In this document: piece by piece, positions 1 to 12,395 of the stretch
Layout: each line of letters starts with the position of its first letter
Position numbering within the stretch: the stretch's first letter is position 1
Origin: Chrysemys picta bellii
Taxonomy: Eukaryota
DNA length: 64,000 nucleotides
Assembly (NCBI RefSeq): GCF_011386835.1
Contig: NC_088791.1
Location: forward strand, 23,374,001-23,438,000
Reading direction: 5' to 3'
Position numbers and translations under genes: made by a program
The notes under the pieces: generated by a model
The model's database searches: none
Seen by the model: the letters and a program-made list of their open reading frames with translations, nothing else
Told to the model about the DNA's origin: nothing

Positions 1-559
1 GTCATGGTCACAGATAAGATGATTTAAAAAGAGAGAGAGAAAGAGAGAAGTAACAATGGATTCTTCCTTCTGCATTTTACTTCCTATAATGGTAACCCCT
101 CAGTGTCGTTTTGTCATGGCAGGGTTGAGAATACAAATGCTAGTCCAGCATTGGTAAGAAAAACAGAGCTATGGAAAATTCTACATGATAGCTCCATTCT
201 GGAGCAAAGGGTCCATCTCTGCAGTTCTCACTCAAACAATGCTTCCAGTGAAATGGATGGGAGTTTTGTCTGAGAAAAAAACTAAAGGATTTTACTTAGA
301 AAAGGAAATATAGTCATCAAAATTTCAGTGGAAATGTCTGTTTTCCATGATTTTTTTCTGGCTACCACCCATTTTTGCACTGACATCAGTTGGCTTTGGA
401 TGGTTGTTATGAATTAGCTGTATTACAAAAGGGCATAGGAGCCGCAATAATGATCAATTATCCTAGGTGCTGTATGCACAAATAGTAAGTAAGAGATGGT
501 CTTCCACTAAGAGCTTACAATCTACACACACAAGACAGATAAAGGAAATATCACTTCAT

Positions 560-710
560 TCCATTTTACAGATAGGAAGTGATGCACCGAAAGATTAAGT
601 GACTTGCCCAAGGTCACACAGGCAGTCTGTGACAGAGCTGTGAACTGACCCAAGATCTTGTGAATCCCAGTCAAGTGCCTTAACTATTGACCACCCTTCC
701 TCACCACCAG
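560..710 (-). mobile_element. MIR/CORE-SINE-like remnant
   Basis: ccattttacagata...aagattaagtgacttgcccaaggtcacacag...gaatcccag, the typical reverse-strand MIR core. Confidence 0.65.
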
Positions 711-907
711 GTAATAGATCCTCCTTAGGACTTGTGGGTGACCACTCAGTTTTGAAAACAGCTTTTTCATGATATCCCAGTTCAGTCAGGTCAGAATGGT
801 TCTGTTCCTTTCACTCTAAAACTGCAAGCCAGAGTGAAATAAACAAACATCACTATAAGATGTCAGCTGCACTAAAATACCACCGCCTCCCTCTGTAAGT
901 TCCTAGT

Positions 908-1780
908 TGTTAGGATATAGATATTCAGGGCTGTCTGCAAAGGCCTATACGTTAAGAATTTAGGTATATGTTATAGAGGTATAGAAGAAAGAATCAAAAT
1001 CACTGTCTGCCTGTGTAAGGGCCTTCTCTCACTGTGACAGTCTGAGGCCTTGTTCTTAGGCTAAGGCCTTTGGCGAAGCAGCAGAGGCAGCCGTAAACTG
1101 GGAAGCAAACAGTCAGATCCCCTCACCAGTCACACTGAAATAAGGCAGTTTGGGGCTGTTAAAAAGGTGATCCAATCGATCACCTCCAGAGAAAGGGAGG
1201 AGCCTAGAAGATTTAATGAAAACTCAGTTTGATAGCATCCTGTCCGGCAAGAACTCACTTATCAGTAGCTGGGGTGTGAAATCCTCATTTCTTTGTTGTT
1301 CTATCACTGTAGTCCCCATTTCCCTATTGTTTGTCTGTCTAATCTCTGTCTGGTTCTGTGATTGTTTCTGTCTGCTGTATAATTAATTTTGTTGGGTGTA
1401 AGCCAATTAAGGTGGTGGGATATAATTGGTTAGATAATCATGTTACAATATGTCAGGATTGGTTAGTTAAATTTCAGTAAAAAGATTGGTTAGGGTATAG
1501 CTAAGCAGAACTCAAGTTTTACTAAATAGGCTGCAGTTACTCAGGAAGTAAGGGGAGGAATGGGAATCATGTTTTGATGGGAACAGGGAACCAGGCAAGG
1601 CTCTGTGGCATCAGAGCTGGGAAAGAAGACACTGAGGAAGGAAATTGGAATCCTTGCTTGCTGGAAGTTCAGCCCAATAAACATCAATTGTTTGCACATT
1701 CGGACTTCGGGTATTGTTGCTCTCTGTTCATGCGAGAAGGACCAGGGAAGTGAGAGGGTGAAGGAATAAGCCCTCTAACA
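908..1780 (+). mobile_element. Solo LTR (family A)
   Basis: TGTTAG...CTAACA termini, 5-bp TSD CTAGT (903-907 / 1781-1785), AATAAA near 1676; homologous to 24590-25490. Confidence 0.85.
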
Positions 1781-2194
1781 CTAGTGACTGGAACCTGGTA
1801 GGTATTCTCAACTGTTGGCCTCAAGTGGTGTATAATTGCTAGGGGAAAATATTTGAGCCCTGTTGTCCCATTAGTAGAATAGGAGCGATAATTGTTTACA
1901 TGCAGCTGGAGTCCAGATTGGTTATTTCATAATGAAAATAACAAGGAAAAAAATTGTGCCTCCAGTTCTATTGGGATTAGAGGAGGGGGAGGGGAATGCT
2001 AGTAGGAAAGAGTGAACTTTAGTAACCCTCGGAAACAGCTTGAGCTGCAGGTACAGAATTGAAAGGACTATTGGCATTAAGAGGACACTGGGGATTGTGT
2101 TTCTGGCTGTCTGTCATCAAATTTTGTCCCATTTAAATAACTCTTCTCCTCTGCCCTTCACCCTCACCTCCCTGTCACCATCTCTCTTTTCTAG

Positions 2195-2281
2195 GTGGGT
2201 TTAGTGATAGTGTGAGGTGCTGGGCTGACTGAAATCCTTTGTTAATCTACAATGAGACCAATCCCATGTTTTTTTACTCCG
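2195..2281 (+). other. Candidate 87-nt phase 1-1 exon with one in-frame TGA
   Basis: Long pyrimidine tract + TAG acceptor, CCG|GTAAAA donor; reads GFSDSVRCWAD*NPLLIYNETNPMFFYS; no homology recognised. Confidence 0.2.
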
Positions 2282-3099
2282 GTAAAAGTACTATGGACAT
2301 TGCCAGAGTGAGGAATGCCAGAGTGGGCTCAGAACAAGACAGACCATCGGCAGAGCCCACTTTTTCCCACTGCCTTGTCAGCATGCTTCAAGTTGGACCT
2401 GGCAATAAGAGGGTATTACGGTCTCCAGTCAGTCAGTGCTGTCTCTGCTAAAAGGGCCAAGAAGGATGACAATAGCAATGGTGGATTTTAAATTCTGGTT
2501 ATCAACCCACCATCACCTGCGGTGAGACCACAGATTCATTTCACAGGTACCATCAAATAGCCATCAGACAGTGCTACTGACCTGGGCTGGATTTGAACCA
2601 GTGATTTTAAAGTAAAGGCTCGTCTTTTCAGACTGGCTTGAGCTTTGAGGCTCAGCCCCATGGTAGGGAAGGTAGTACCTAGCAGCTAGGCCCCAGGAAC
2701 AGCCTGGTGGGAAAACGTGATTCATTCACAAAATCTCCACTGCTCTCCTGGGACGGAAGTAAGTTACTGCTAGCCTGAAAAGGCTGCAGCTAACTCCTCT
2801 GGCCAGCAAGTGAGGGGCCAAACCCAAAGCTTTGCCTGCTTCCTGTTCCTCTCCACCCAGATGCTCACATGTGGGATGGGATGATAAACTAGAAGGCAAG
2901 ATTCTGGAATGCTAAGTAAGGGAACAGTGTGTTTGTGTGTGTCCGTCCTTATCTTCACCTTCTCCCTTAGTCACCTGAGTAAGACAAAGGCACATTCTCC
3001 TCTCCTCCCCAATAAGTTTCCTTTTTGAAGTGCTGATTTTGCAGAAATAAAAAATGTGGTTGTTTTCCCCTTTGATGCTAGAGATATTTTCATGTTCTC

Positions 3100-3990
3100 A
3101 AAAGAGACCACAGTGAAGGACCCAGTGTGATGTAACCTTGGCTAAAATACAATGCCTCTTTGGTGGAAACGCTCCCCATCTGACAGAGGTGTAAATGAAA
3201 ATGTAGTTACAGATGCCCAGACCCCAGTTCCCTTGGTCACACTGAATAGCATCTTGCTCCTCAGATAGGTCCATTGATTTCATTGGGATTCCTTGTGAGG
3301 TAATATGCAACTCATCTAGAGATAGCCAATGGAGAATTCCTCTTGTGCATGGGAACTCTCCTCTAACAAGGCTGGCAAGGGTGGCGCCTGAGACAGATAT
3401 CCCCACATGCCTCAAGTAAATGAAGTCAGTGTCTGGGGACAGGGCATGGCATTGGTACAAGTGGGAAAGGTGGAGTGAAGATCAGCTATGCATGATCCTC
3501 CACTAGCACAAGATCCACTACAAACTTTATAGTGGTAAACCTAAGGGCAGGAGGGTCCCTGCTTTAACTTCCTCTGTACCGGGTGACTAAGGATCAAAGA
3601 GCCACAAACTACTCCCTGTAGCTGCCACTCTGCATTATATCAGACCTCAATTTGGCCACTGTGGAAAATCAAGGCCCTGGCAACGTATAGAGAGAAGTCA
3701 AGACTTGTGGTATTTGATTGTTCTCTTTGACGTAGGGCCTAATTCTGCTCGATCACAGAGTAATTCCACCATAGAAATGGTAGCTGAATTTGTGTTTGCT
3801 GCTAAGATCACCCAGAGATAAGGCTTAGAGGGAGAAGAGAAGGGAGCTAAGGACAGAGCCCAGTGGAATCCCCACAGAAAGCTGGAAGAGGGATGAGGAG
3901 GATCCTATGAAGGACATGCTGAAGGAGAGATTAGACTTTGACTCCACGGGTCTATCCTGTCAGAAACAGCTCTGCATCTACGACTTGCAG
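3100..3990 (-). mobile_element. Degraded L2 LINE ORF2 remnant
   Basis: Minus strand about 3770-3875 reads GIPLGSVLSSLLFSL*ALSLGDLSSKHKFSYHFY, resembling the L2 RT motif GVPQGSVLGPLLFSLY..LGDLI..H..YH.YADD; LHWL-like motif near 3325. Confidence 0.7.
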
Positions 3991-4520
3991 ACATCCTCTG
4001 ATACACATAAATGGAAAAGTAGATTGCAAATTTGTATAACTGCATATATTTGCATTCATTTAAGAAATGCATCCTTTTCCCTTTCCATTTTAAAGTTTTG
4101 CTTTTAGGGAGATGATTGCATGCATCTGTGAGGAGCCTAGGGTGTTTGATAGGTGCCATGTGCCTCATCTTAAGACATTAATTTGGTAAAGCCTCCATTT
4201 TGCAAAAGCTTAGAATAACACAGTAATAAATATTCAGTGTTGTTTATTCAACTAGTAGAGTCTTCCATGTTATTCTCTATGCAACATATGGGTGTTGCTC
4301 GGTAGTTCAGCTTTATTGCATCTTGAATTTTCCTTTCCCATTATTCCCATTAAAAACAAGGCCATCTGTATAAGAGCTTTTAGCAAAAAATATCTTCTTG
4401 ATTTTTTTTATCCTAGGGACCCATATAAACATCATTATCATTTGGGGATTAAAAAAATACTCAGAAGGGAAAATAGAATGTTATTTGTTTGTTTATTCAT
4501 TTATTTATTTAACTACACAG

Positions 4521-4763
4521 GGATTCTATAATTCCACTATACAGGTTTCAGAGTTTCCAAAATCTTTACTTTCAAGTTCACTTGATGAGAAATTGTTCAT
4601 GCATGAAAGAGTTTATTATCTTGTAAAAGCATTTCCAGTAAACAGAAAAGCTTCTGAGCTTTATATGTTGCTGCTTTTAATTTTTACTTGTGCTATCATT
4701 ATTTTTTCTGTACAATGCTTTGTACTGGGATTATGGCCCGAGGCTGACTATTCTAATAAATGA
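4521..4763 (+). CDS. Candidate terminal coding exon encoding a TM-like C-terminus
   Basis: Acceptor tttatttaactacacag|G; 80 codons GFYNSTIQ...LYMLLLLIFTCAIIIFSVQCFVLGLWPEADYSNK*; T-rich DNA can produce this by chance. Confidence 0.22.
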   Translation, partial: GFYNSTIQVSEFPKSLLSSSLDEKLFMHERVYYLVKAFPVNRKASELYMLLLLIFTCAIIIFSVQCFVLGLWPEADYSNK

Positions 4764-5350
4764 ATTCACCGTAAAATAATTAACATTATTAATTAATAAT
4801 ATAGTAACTATTTTCAGAGGAAAGGAGAAAATTAATAATTAAGAGAAGATGAAAGGATAACAATGAGAAACCATCTGTCCTTTCTTCTGCTGGTTCAATA
4901 GTTAGAATCAAATCTATCTTGGAAGTGTAAGACTGACTTTATTAATATTTCTGCTACTGATACTGCTGCTACTACTGCTAAGTCCACTATAACAGGGAAA
5001 CTGAGTAGTACTAGGCATGGGAAATTGATTCACTTTAAAAATATATATCCAGGGGGGATGAGATTCCTTGATATGTTAGGATACAGAGGTTAAAAAGGTT
5101 CAAAGTTGCTAATTAAATCCAAACCAGTTTGCTCTGGAATTTTTGTGTGTAGTATGGGATGCAGTTTTCCTTGGTGTGTGCTTTCCATTGCACTTTAGGA
5201 TGATTAAATCAAAAGTGTATATGAAAGTATGAGTATGGGCACAGGGATGTGTGTGGTAGTTTTCTTTCACAGGATTACATTTACCAAAACAACCAACCAA
5301 CTCCCCCACCCCCAAAGAATCTGACAGCTTCATTTGTATCAGTCCCTTAG

Positions 5351-5507
5351 GGAAATGGCTGATACTGACCAACACTGTAATAAGAGAAATACTGCCTGGC
5401 ATTCCAGGAAGGATTGCACTACTTCCAGAAATGAAGGAAAAGTACGACACTGTCACAGTGGGAGGATGGGTTCTTGGCATGTGGAGCAGAATACACAGGC
5501 TACCTTG
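5351..5507 (+). other. Candidate 157-nt internal exon
   Basis: Acceptor gtcccttag|G, donor TTG|GTAACT; two frames open across the exon. Confidence 0.15.
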
Positions 5508-7833
5508 GTAACTTCTTTGTAACACATCAAAATGGATGATATGGTGTCACATATCAAAGTAATATCATGGCTTTGTTGATCAAGGTACAAAAGGAAGGCA
5601 GAGTTCAGCCACTCTAAAAGCTACATGGCTAAGTGGATTGGAAGCAATGTCCCTGCTCTCTTGGTTTTGATTGACACTGACAATGGAGGGAGCATTTGCA
5701 ATATCTTAGTAAATGTATAGTAGTTGAATCTGAATATACTCTCCCAGCTTTTCTGGAGGCATTCTCCCTGCCTCCATATTCTGTAGGCAGAATCCAAATG
5801 ACCACTGCTTCTCAGGTATTTCCAAGGCCCCTATTACCTGAGAATCTAGGAGACCATCCCCTCCATGCCCCCTTAATGTAGCTCTGGAGTTTAATAGTAG
5901 AAATTAGCCCATTACTTGCCAGACTATAGTTTAAAGACTATATTTTGATCCTGATGTGTAAAGATTTCCATACACCTTCCCTCTGTCCTCTGCCCCCAAA
6001 GATCACAATATTACAGACTGAATTTAAATATGGGTGCAACATGTATGCCTGTACAAATACATGTCCAGTAGTTGTGTCAGCAAAATTCAGCATGCAAACT
6101 TCCAGTCATGCATTTGCACGTACAAATAGATAGTGAAATGTTTGTCCCTCTGAGAGTGAAATGTGTGTCCTGCTGAAGTTAATGGGAAAACTCTCATTGC
6201 CCTCACTGGGGTCAAGATCTCACCCAGAGTACCTGTGAACGGCAGTAAGTAAGCATGTTTCTATGTGCATGTAGAATTATGGATTGTTCAAGACATAACA
6301 AATGCATCTTCTTTTTTGTGGTTACCCCCACTGCACCCACATCTGAAAATTGGCCCAAATTAGGTATCAGTTGAGATTTTTAACCAAAATGTAGTTTTAA
6401 TCTTTAAATCCATTATTTCTGTACGGGGACAACAGGACATCTGATATTGATTTCAGACCCAAGAGTGCTAGACAGAGTTATTAAGGAATGTTTTAATATT
6501 AAATTAATATTTTGAGAACAAAACTGGAGATAATGTGTTGGCTTTCAGGGATAACTAGATTAATTTGTTTGATGTAAAACCTGGGCTAGTCATGGAAGAG
6601 GATTAAAACAGTCTCTCAAAAGAGAGACTAAGCAAACTGCCAGGATTTTTTGTCATAAATAAGATTAACAATCAAAAGGGAGGAAATCCATTTTAGTAAA
6701 GTGATGGCCTATGATTTCAAATCCAAATTTACAATCTGAAACTTACTGCTCCTGACAGGTAATGTGGAAACGAAAAGAACCTGCAAAATGCAGACTACAT
6801 TAACATGTGCCCCAAACCTTTCAAAACTCTATCTTTTGTTTTCCTAAACAATGTTCTCTCTTCTTGAAGCATGTAGTCCTCTGGCCAGTTCTGATTTCAG
6901 ATATTCATCTGTCAGTACCATCTGTTGTCCCTTGTTTTATACTTAGCTTGAAAGCTGTTTGGGGCAGGGACTGTCTTTTTGTTCTGTGTCTGTAAAGTGC
7001 TAACCCGATGCAGTCATGGTGCATGACAGAGACTCCTATGTACTACGATAATACAAATACTAAATTAAAACAACGTAACACTAACCCACCAACATCATTT
7101 CCTGAAGCACAAACAATACAGCTTCATATGCCTCAGGGAAATTTACACCTCTGGCCTACTGCAATCTTGGTTCTGAGATTATGGGGTGTGCCCAGGTACT
7201 ATGGTGATGAGCAGTTTTACAACCTAGATACAGAGAGAAAGAGATGGCTAAAACTGAAGGCCATTGGAACAAGGACCAGACACTTATGTCAGTGTGCAGC
7301 CTTTTATGTGTGAACTGCTCCCGTGGCTAGCTGCATTATGGACTGCAATGGGAGAAGAGGAGACACCCCCCCACACACACACACTTCAGATGAGGAAGAA
7401 AGATTTACAGGAGGAAGATTAAGTGTGTCCAGGATCACAGACAATGCTCCCTGCCCCTTGGCTCCGTGTCCCTAGATGAATCCAGCTACAGGGGCATGCT
7501 TCAACCAGTTGACACATACTTTCTTAGGTCCTGAGATCCTATCGGAGGATAACATCCATCACAGCATTTCACAGTTAGCAATTATTCCACTTCAGCGAGC
7601 AGGAAGCCATCGGCAGGCAGGATCCCTGCTCTCTACTGAAGTAAATGCATCTCATATATTAAGTTATTACTGTAAGGCTGAAAGATTTGTAGTGTGGCCT
7701 ACTCTGCAGTGAAATAGTTCATCCTTTTGTGATCATTTGTCTAACTGGAAATGATTAAAAACTGGACCTTCATGAAATTTTCCCCTTGATACAACAACAA
7801 AAACAGTCACTGCTTATAAAGTCTAAATTGTTT

Positions 7834-7976
7834 AGGACCAGATTTTTAAAGGTGTTTAGGTGCCTAAAGATGCAGATAGGCACCTAGTGGGATTTTCAAA
7901 AGAGCCTAGGTTTCCTGATCCCACTGATCCCTATCTGCTTAATTAGGCACCTAAATGCTTTTAAAAATCTGGCCCT
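7834..7976. mobile_element. Old fold-back MITE-like element
   Basis: 33-bp terminal inverted arms (aggaccagatttttaaaggtgtttaggtgccta / reverse complement), 29/33 identical. Confidence 0.7.
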
Positions 7977-8907
7977 GTGTGATTAGAAATCTCTGGAGTG
8001 AGCAGACTATACTCTAATCAACTCTTTCCTGGCTGGTTCAGCAGGATTTTTTAAAATATGCAAAAACTCAGAGGCAATTGTAGCTTCCCACTTTTTAGAC
8101 TGTAGTCGCGGAAAGTTCACTTTCAGGTTATTCTCATAATCATATTGCAGGTAGGGACACATGAAGAGTAATTCTCCTTGCCAAGATAAGGACATTGGTA
8201 TAATCTGTGTGCTTCATCAGCTTGTTTTGTTAGGTTCAGCTCCCTCAAGCGTTATAATCAAATGATACACAGGGTGACTAGGAATATAAAGGCCTTGTGT
8301 CAGTATTCCTGGCATTTATTCATTAAATGAAAACAGTGGATACCCTTAAGACTTACATCACAAAACTATGCCTACCCCGAAGACATTGTGTCACAGGCAC
8401 CGAGCACCAGAAATGATGCCAATAAATTGAACTCAAAAACATGGAATGAAAAGTCAGGTGTGTTGTTATCTCAGGCAAATAAAATAATAATAATATCATA
8501 ATAATCTTCAGTCTAGTAGGAGACAGTAACTTTAAATTATTTCCAATGGTGACAGCTGTTCCCTAAGGCATGCTTCCCTGGTTAGCAATGTATGTTTGTT
8601 AACTTGTCAGGAAACATGTCCAAAATTTCACTGTCCTATTGCCATCGAATTGGGAGAGTCAGAAGAACCTCCTTTAGGGCCTGATGGAAAGGTTCACATT
8701 GACATTGATGGGCTCTGGATCAGGCCCTTAAACTGGATTATATGGGCCTTTACTTCAGCAGCTGCTATTACAGTGTTGCCAGTTCTTGAGATTGTAACAC
8801 ATGTCTTGCAATATTTCATGTTTTTCTTAAAATCCGAGCTCCTGGAAACCTGTGACAATATGAGAATTTTAGCTTTCATTTAAACCAAAAGATTTCTAGT
8901 CCTCATG

Positions 8908-9276
8908 CAGGGCCGGTCCGGGGGTGGGGGGAGAGGAGCTGCAAGTGGGGCAATTTGCCCCGGGCCCCACAGGGGCCCCCACGAGAGTTTTTCGGGGGCC
9001 CTGGAGCAGGGTCCTTCACTCGCTCCGGGGGCCCCGGAAAACTCTCGCGGGGCCCGGCCCCTCGGAGCTTCTTCCGCTCCGGGTCTTCAGCGGCAATTCG
9101 GCAGCGGGGGTCCTTCCACTCTGGGACCCGCCACCGAAGTGCCCTGAAGACCCACGGCGGGGGTCCTTCCGCCCCAGGACCCGCCGCCAAAGTGCCAGGT
9201 CTTTGGCGGCAATTCGACGGTGGGGGCCCCCCGCCGCCGAAGACCCTAGGCCCCCTGAATCCTCTGGGTGGCCCTG
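8908..9276. mobile_element. hAT MITE (CAGGGCCGG TIR group)
   Basis: TIRs cagggccgg / gtggccctg, 8-bp TSD TCCTCATG, CpG-rich. Confidence 0.9.
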
Positions 9277-9714
9277 TCCTCATGGAAGTGTACCCTAAAG
9301 GCTCAGAAACCAAAAGGCCAATTACAAGAACTCTAGTTTTATTTTAAAACTCATAATTTTGCAGCCACTCTTAATTTGAGGGCAGGAGCGAGCCATGTGT
9401 TTTGAGCATCTTGGAGATAGCAGAAGTGCTATTATCACATTGCAGACAACAGCAAAGAAATTTTCCTGTCACCCAGTTGTTTCCATTCCCTATCCCTTTC
9501 TTTTACCCACCCTCACTCTGCAGGATTAAGAGAGTCCACAGATTTGAAAATGCCCCCTAGGGGTTAAGTTAAAATCACAGTCCTCAAGTTCCTAGAAAGG
9601 ACCAGGACAAAACTGGAGTACGTCCAGGTTATCTTGAAGACTGTCCCTGTTGCAACCACATGTGCCTTTGCATGCTCCTTACTCCTCCCTGCCTCACTAC
9701 ACAACATTCACTTT

Positions 9715-9909
9715 CAGGGCCGGCTCTAGGCACCAGCATTCCAAGCATGTGCTTGGGGCGTCTCTTTTCACGGGGCGGCACTCCTTTTATTTTTTTTTTT
9801 TGTTGTTGTTGTTGTTGCTTCAGCGGCGGCACTCCAGCTTTTTATTTTATTTTATTCTATTTTATTTTATTTTTTGCTTGGTATGGCAAAAAACCTGGAG
9901 CCGGCCCTG
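9715..9909. mobile_element. hAT MITE (CAGGGCCGGCTC TIR)
   Basis: Perfect TIRs, 8-bp TSD TTCACTTT; internal (TTG)n and (TTTTA)n tracts. Confidence 0.92.
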
Positions 9910-10032
9910 TTCACTTTTCAATTAACCATTCACCTGAGCCCTTCATCTTAAGAGGTTCTGGCAGCTATTTATGTGGTGAGGGAGGGAATTGGAACTGGCC
10001 AATTGTAGTGTATAGGAATTGGGTAGTATCCC

Positions 10033-10192
10033 CAGGGCTGCCCAGAGGATTCAGGGAGCCCGGGACAAAGCAATTTCAGGAACCCCTTCCATAAAAAAAA
10101 GTTGCAATACTATAGAATACTATATTCTCATGGGGGCTCCTGCAGGGCCTGGGGCAAATTGCCCCACTTGACCCGCCCTCCGGGCGGCCCTG
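10033..10192. mobile_element. hAT MITE
   Basis: cagggctgccc ... gggcggccctg, 8-bp TSD AGTATCCC. Confidence 0.9.
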
Positions 10193-11047
10193 AGTATCCC
10201 TTTTAATAGTCTGAGACCCCTAGAGGCCCCCCACTGTCTTCTATGTTTCAGAAGCCACCAGAATCTTGGCCAGAGCAGCGGAATATATATTACATAGCTA
10301 GGCGTTCTGACCCCACTGTGTCCATGTGGTTCCTTTATATTGATGTTGCGTAAAGCATACAAGATCAGTCTTTTCCTTTATGAACAAGGCCACCAGCGAC
10401 TCCGGAACAGGAATGTTTATGGTTACTGTATAACATTTTCATTCCGTTCATGCCTCTGTCCAAGATTGTCCGCTTGCTGTCACTGCATAACAGAAAGCCT
10501 TGTGGTGCTCTATGTGTAAAGTGTGATTGCTACTGGCACAATTTCCACATTATGGGAAAGGCTGTAGCGAGAGCAAACTAGGAAGGCAGTCTTTTCTAGA
10601 TTTCAGAATTGAATTATCTCTATTCTTGTCATCTTTTGGTTACAAAAAGTAGTATTATAGGATTATATTTGCTTAGCTCATAAATCCTTTTGGTCCCTGA
10701 ACACCTTCATTATGTATGTGTGCACTGTCTAGCACAATGGGGCCTTGATCCCTAAAAGAGGCCTTTTGTTGTTACTGCAAAACTAACAATGACAAACATG
10801 GGTTTTGAAAGCTCATCTCTACTTAAAATTATGTAGATAGCTAGATGATTGATAGGAGCAGAGTGAGCGATTTGAAACAGAACTGTTTTTCAAGGAATGT
10901 AGACTCTCTTATGTTGACAGATAAATTTTTCCTTTTTCAAATGGTCAGTGGTTTCAGTTTTTACAGATTTGTTTACTGTATGAGATTGTTCAGTGAATGT
11001 TTTGTGCTGCTAGATTTCATTTCAGCCTATGGATTGTCTGCAGCCAC

Positions 11048-11180
11048 TCATAGACTTTGAGAGACCATCATGATCATCTAGTCTGACCTCCAGCACATTG
11101 CAGGCCACAGACTCAACCCACCCACTCCTGTAATAGACTCAGAACCTCTGGCTGAGTTACTGAAGTCCTCAAATCATGAT
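11048..11180 (-). mobile_element. CR1 3' end fragment
   Basis: tcatagact...gaccatcatgatcatctagtctgacctcc, the reverse complement of a CR1 3' tail. Confidence 0.7.
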
Positions 11181-11419
11181 TAACTATGAATATTCAATAT
11201 CTCAACAGTGAGACTAGTTGCTTAAGTCACATGGCTTTGTTTCTGTTCATTGATTGGGAGTTGAACAGTTGTAAACTATTCCCATTTGTAACAAAACTAA
11301 TTTACTTTAATCACAAAATTAATTTGTTGATTGAATGAATCTTCTCTACAGGTCCAAAATTGGCTCTCCACATGACATTTGTATGAACAAAAGCTTCACT
11401 CTAACATAAATATGATTGT

Positions 11420-11600
11420 GGGAGGAAGAGCTCAGTGGTTTGAGCATTGGTCTGCCAAACCTAGCATTGTGAGTTCAATCCTTGAGGGGGCCACTTAGGG
11501 ATCTGGGGCAAAATCAGTACTTGGTCCTGCTAGTTAAGGCAGGGGACTGGACTCAATGACCTTTCAGGGTCTGTTCTAAGAGATAGGATATCTCCATAAT
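11420..11600 (+). mobile_element. tRNA-derived SINE with CR1-like tail (tortoise Pol III/SINE type)
   Basis: A box agctcagtggt, B box gagttcaatcc, tail ggactggactcaatgacc...; homologous to 41088 and 62781. Confidence 0.85.
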
Positions 11601-12395
11601 TAAAAAGGTACAAGGTGAAGCAAAAATTCAGTAAGTTACCAAAATGGCTGTGAATCTTTTTTCTCACTATTCACTCAGTTGTAATCATGATTTTGCAACC
11701 AAAATGACATTGTGGGCAAATAATGCCATGTGATGGATAATGCTCAGACTCATTGAGTGACAGGAAATTATATTCAGAAGTGCTCAGAGTTAATGGGCTA
11801 CATTGCGCATAGTTCTGAATAAAGAGGACTCTGTAAGGTACCTTCACACACCAGAGATAGTGGCTTCAGGGATACAAACAGATTGATTCCTTTGTTCAAT
11901 TGCTTCTAGCACGTGAAGCAAAGGTAGAAGCAGCTACTTTAAAACTGCATCTCCTTTGCCTCAGGCACTAACTTTGCAAGGGAGATAATTGAGGTCAAAA
12001 AGAGGATGTTGTATGACTGAGTTAAACAAGAAGTTGGAAGTCTAACTCTTGAGTCTAATTAACTGTGTGCTTCTGTACCCTGGGCCTGGATGCAACGTTA
12101 CATGAAGGAATCAAGAGATTTGTCTGCTCAAAAAAGACCTGTTTCAAAAATAGGCCAGTGTGCAGTACTCAACTTGTAATGCATGTTACCTTAACTACAG
12201 TGCATTCCTCCAAGGGTTTGCAGATAAGTGATGTGAAAGAAGGAAGAAGTCTGTGACTAAAGAGAATTTACACCTGCTGCACTTTCACATAATATACACC
12301 TGCAACTCAGCCCTATCCCAGTATGGTTTGAAGGGATAGGGCTCAAAGGGTGACTATGAATACTCAGACCTGAGAACTGGAGGAAGAAAAGGAGT

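Noticed and set aside
4849-4884. SECIS-like hairpin (ATGA, 13-nt arm, AAA loop) downstream of the UGA-containing exon candidate
   Set aside because: The 3' arm lacks the GA needed for the kink-turn quartet.
8596-8883. 95-aa ORF with a hydrophobic stretch
   Set aside because: It runs through a fold-back repeat (8676-8728) and shows no recognisable homology.
8903-9347. Four overlapping 80-136 aa ORFs on both strands
   Set aside because: All lie within a GC-rich hAT MITE with TSDs, where stops are rare. The same applies to ORFs at 27.1-27.7, 33.3-34.0, 42.6-43.2, 53.5-54.0 and 62.8-63.4 kb.
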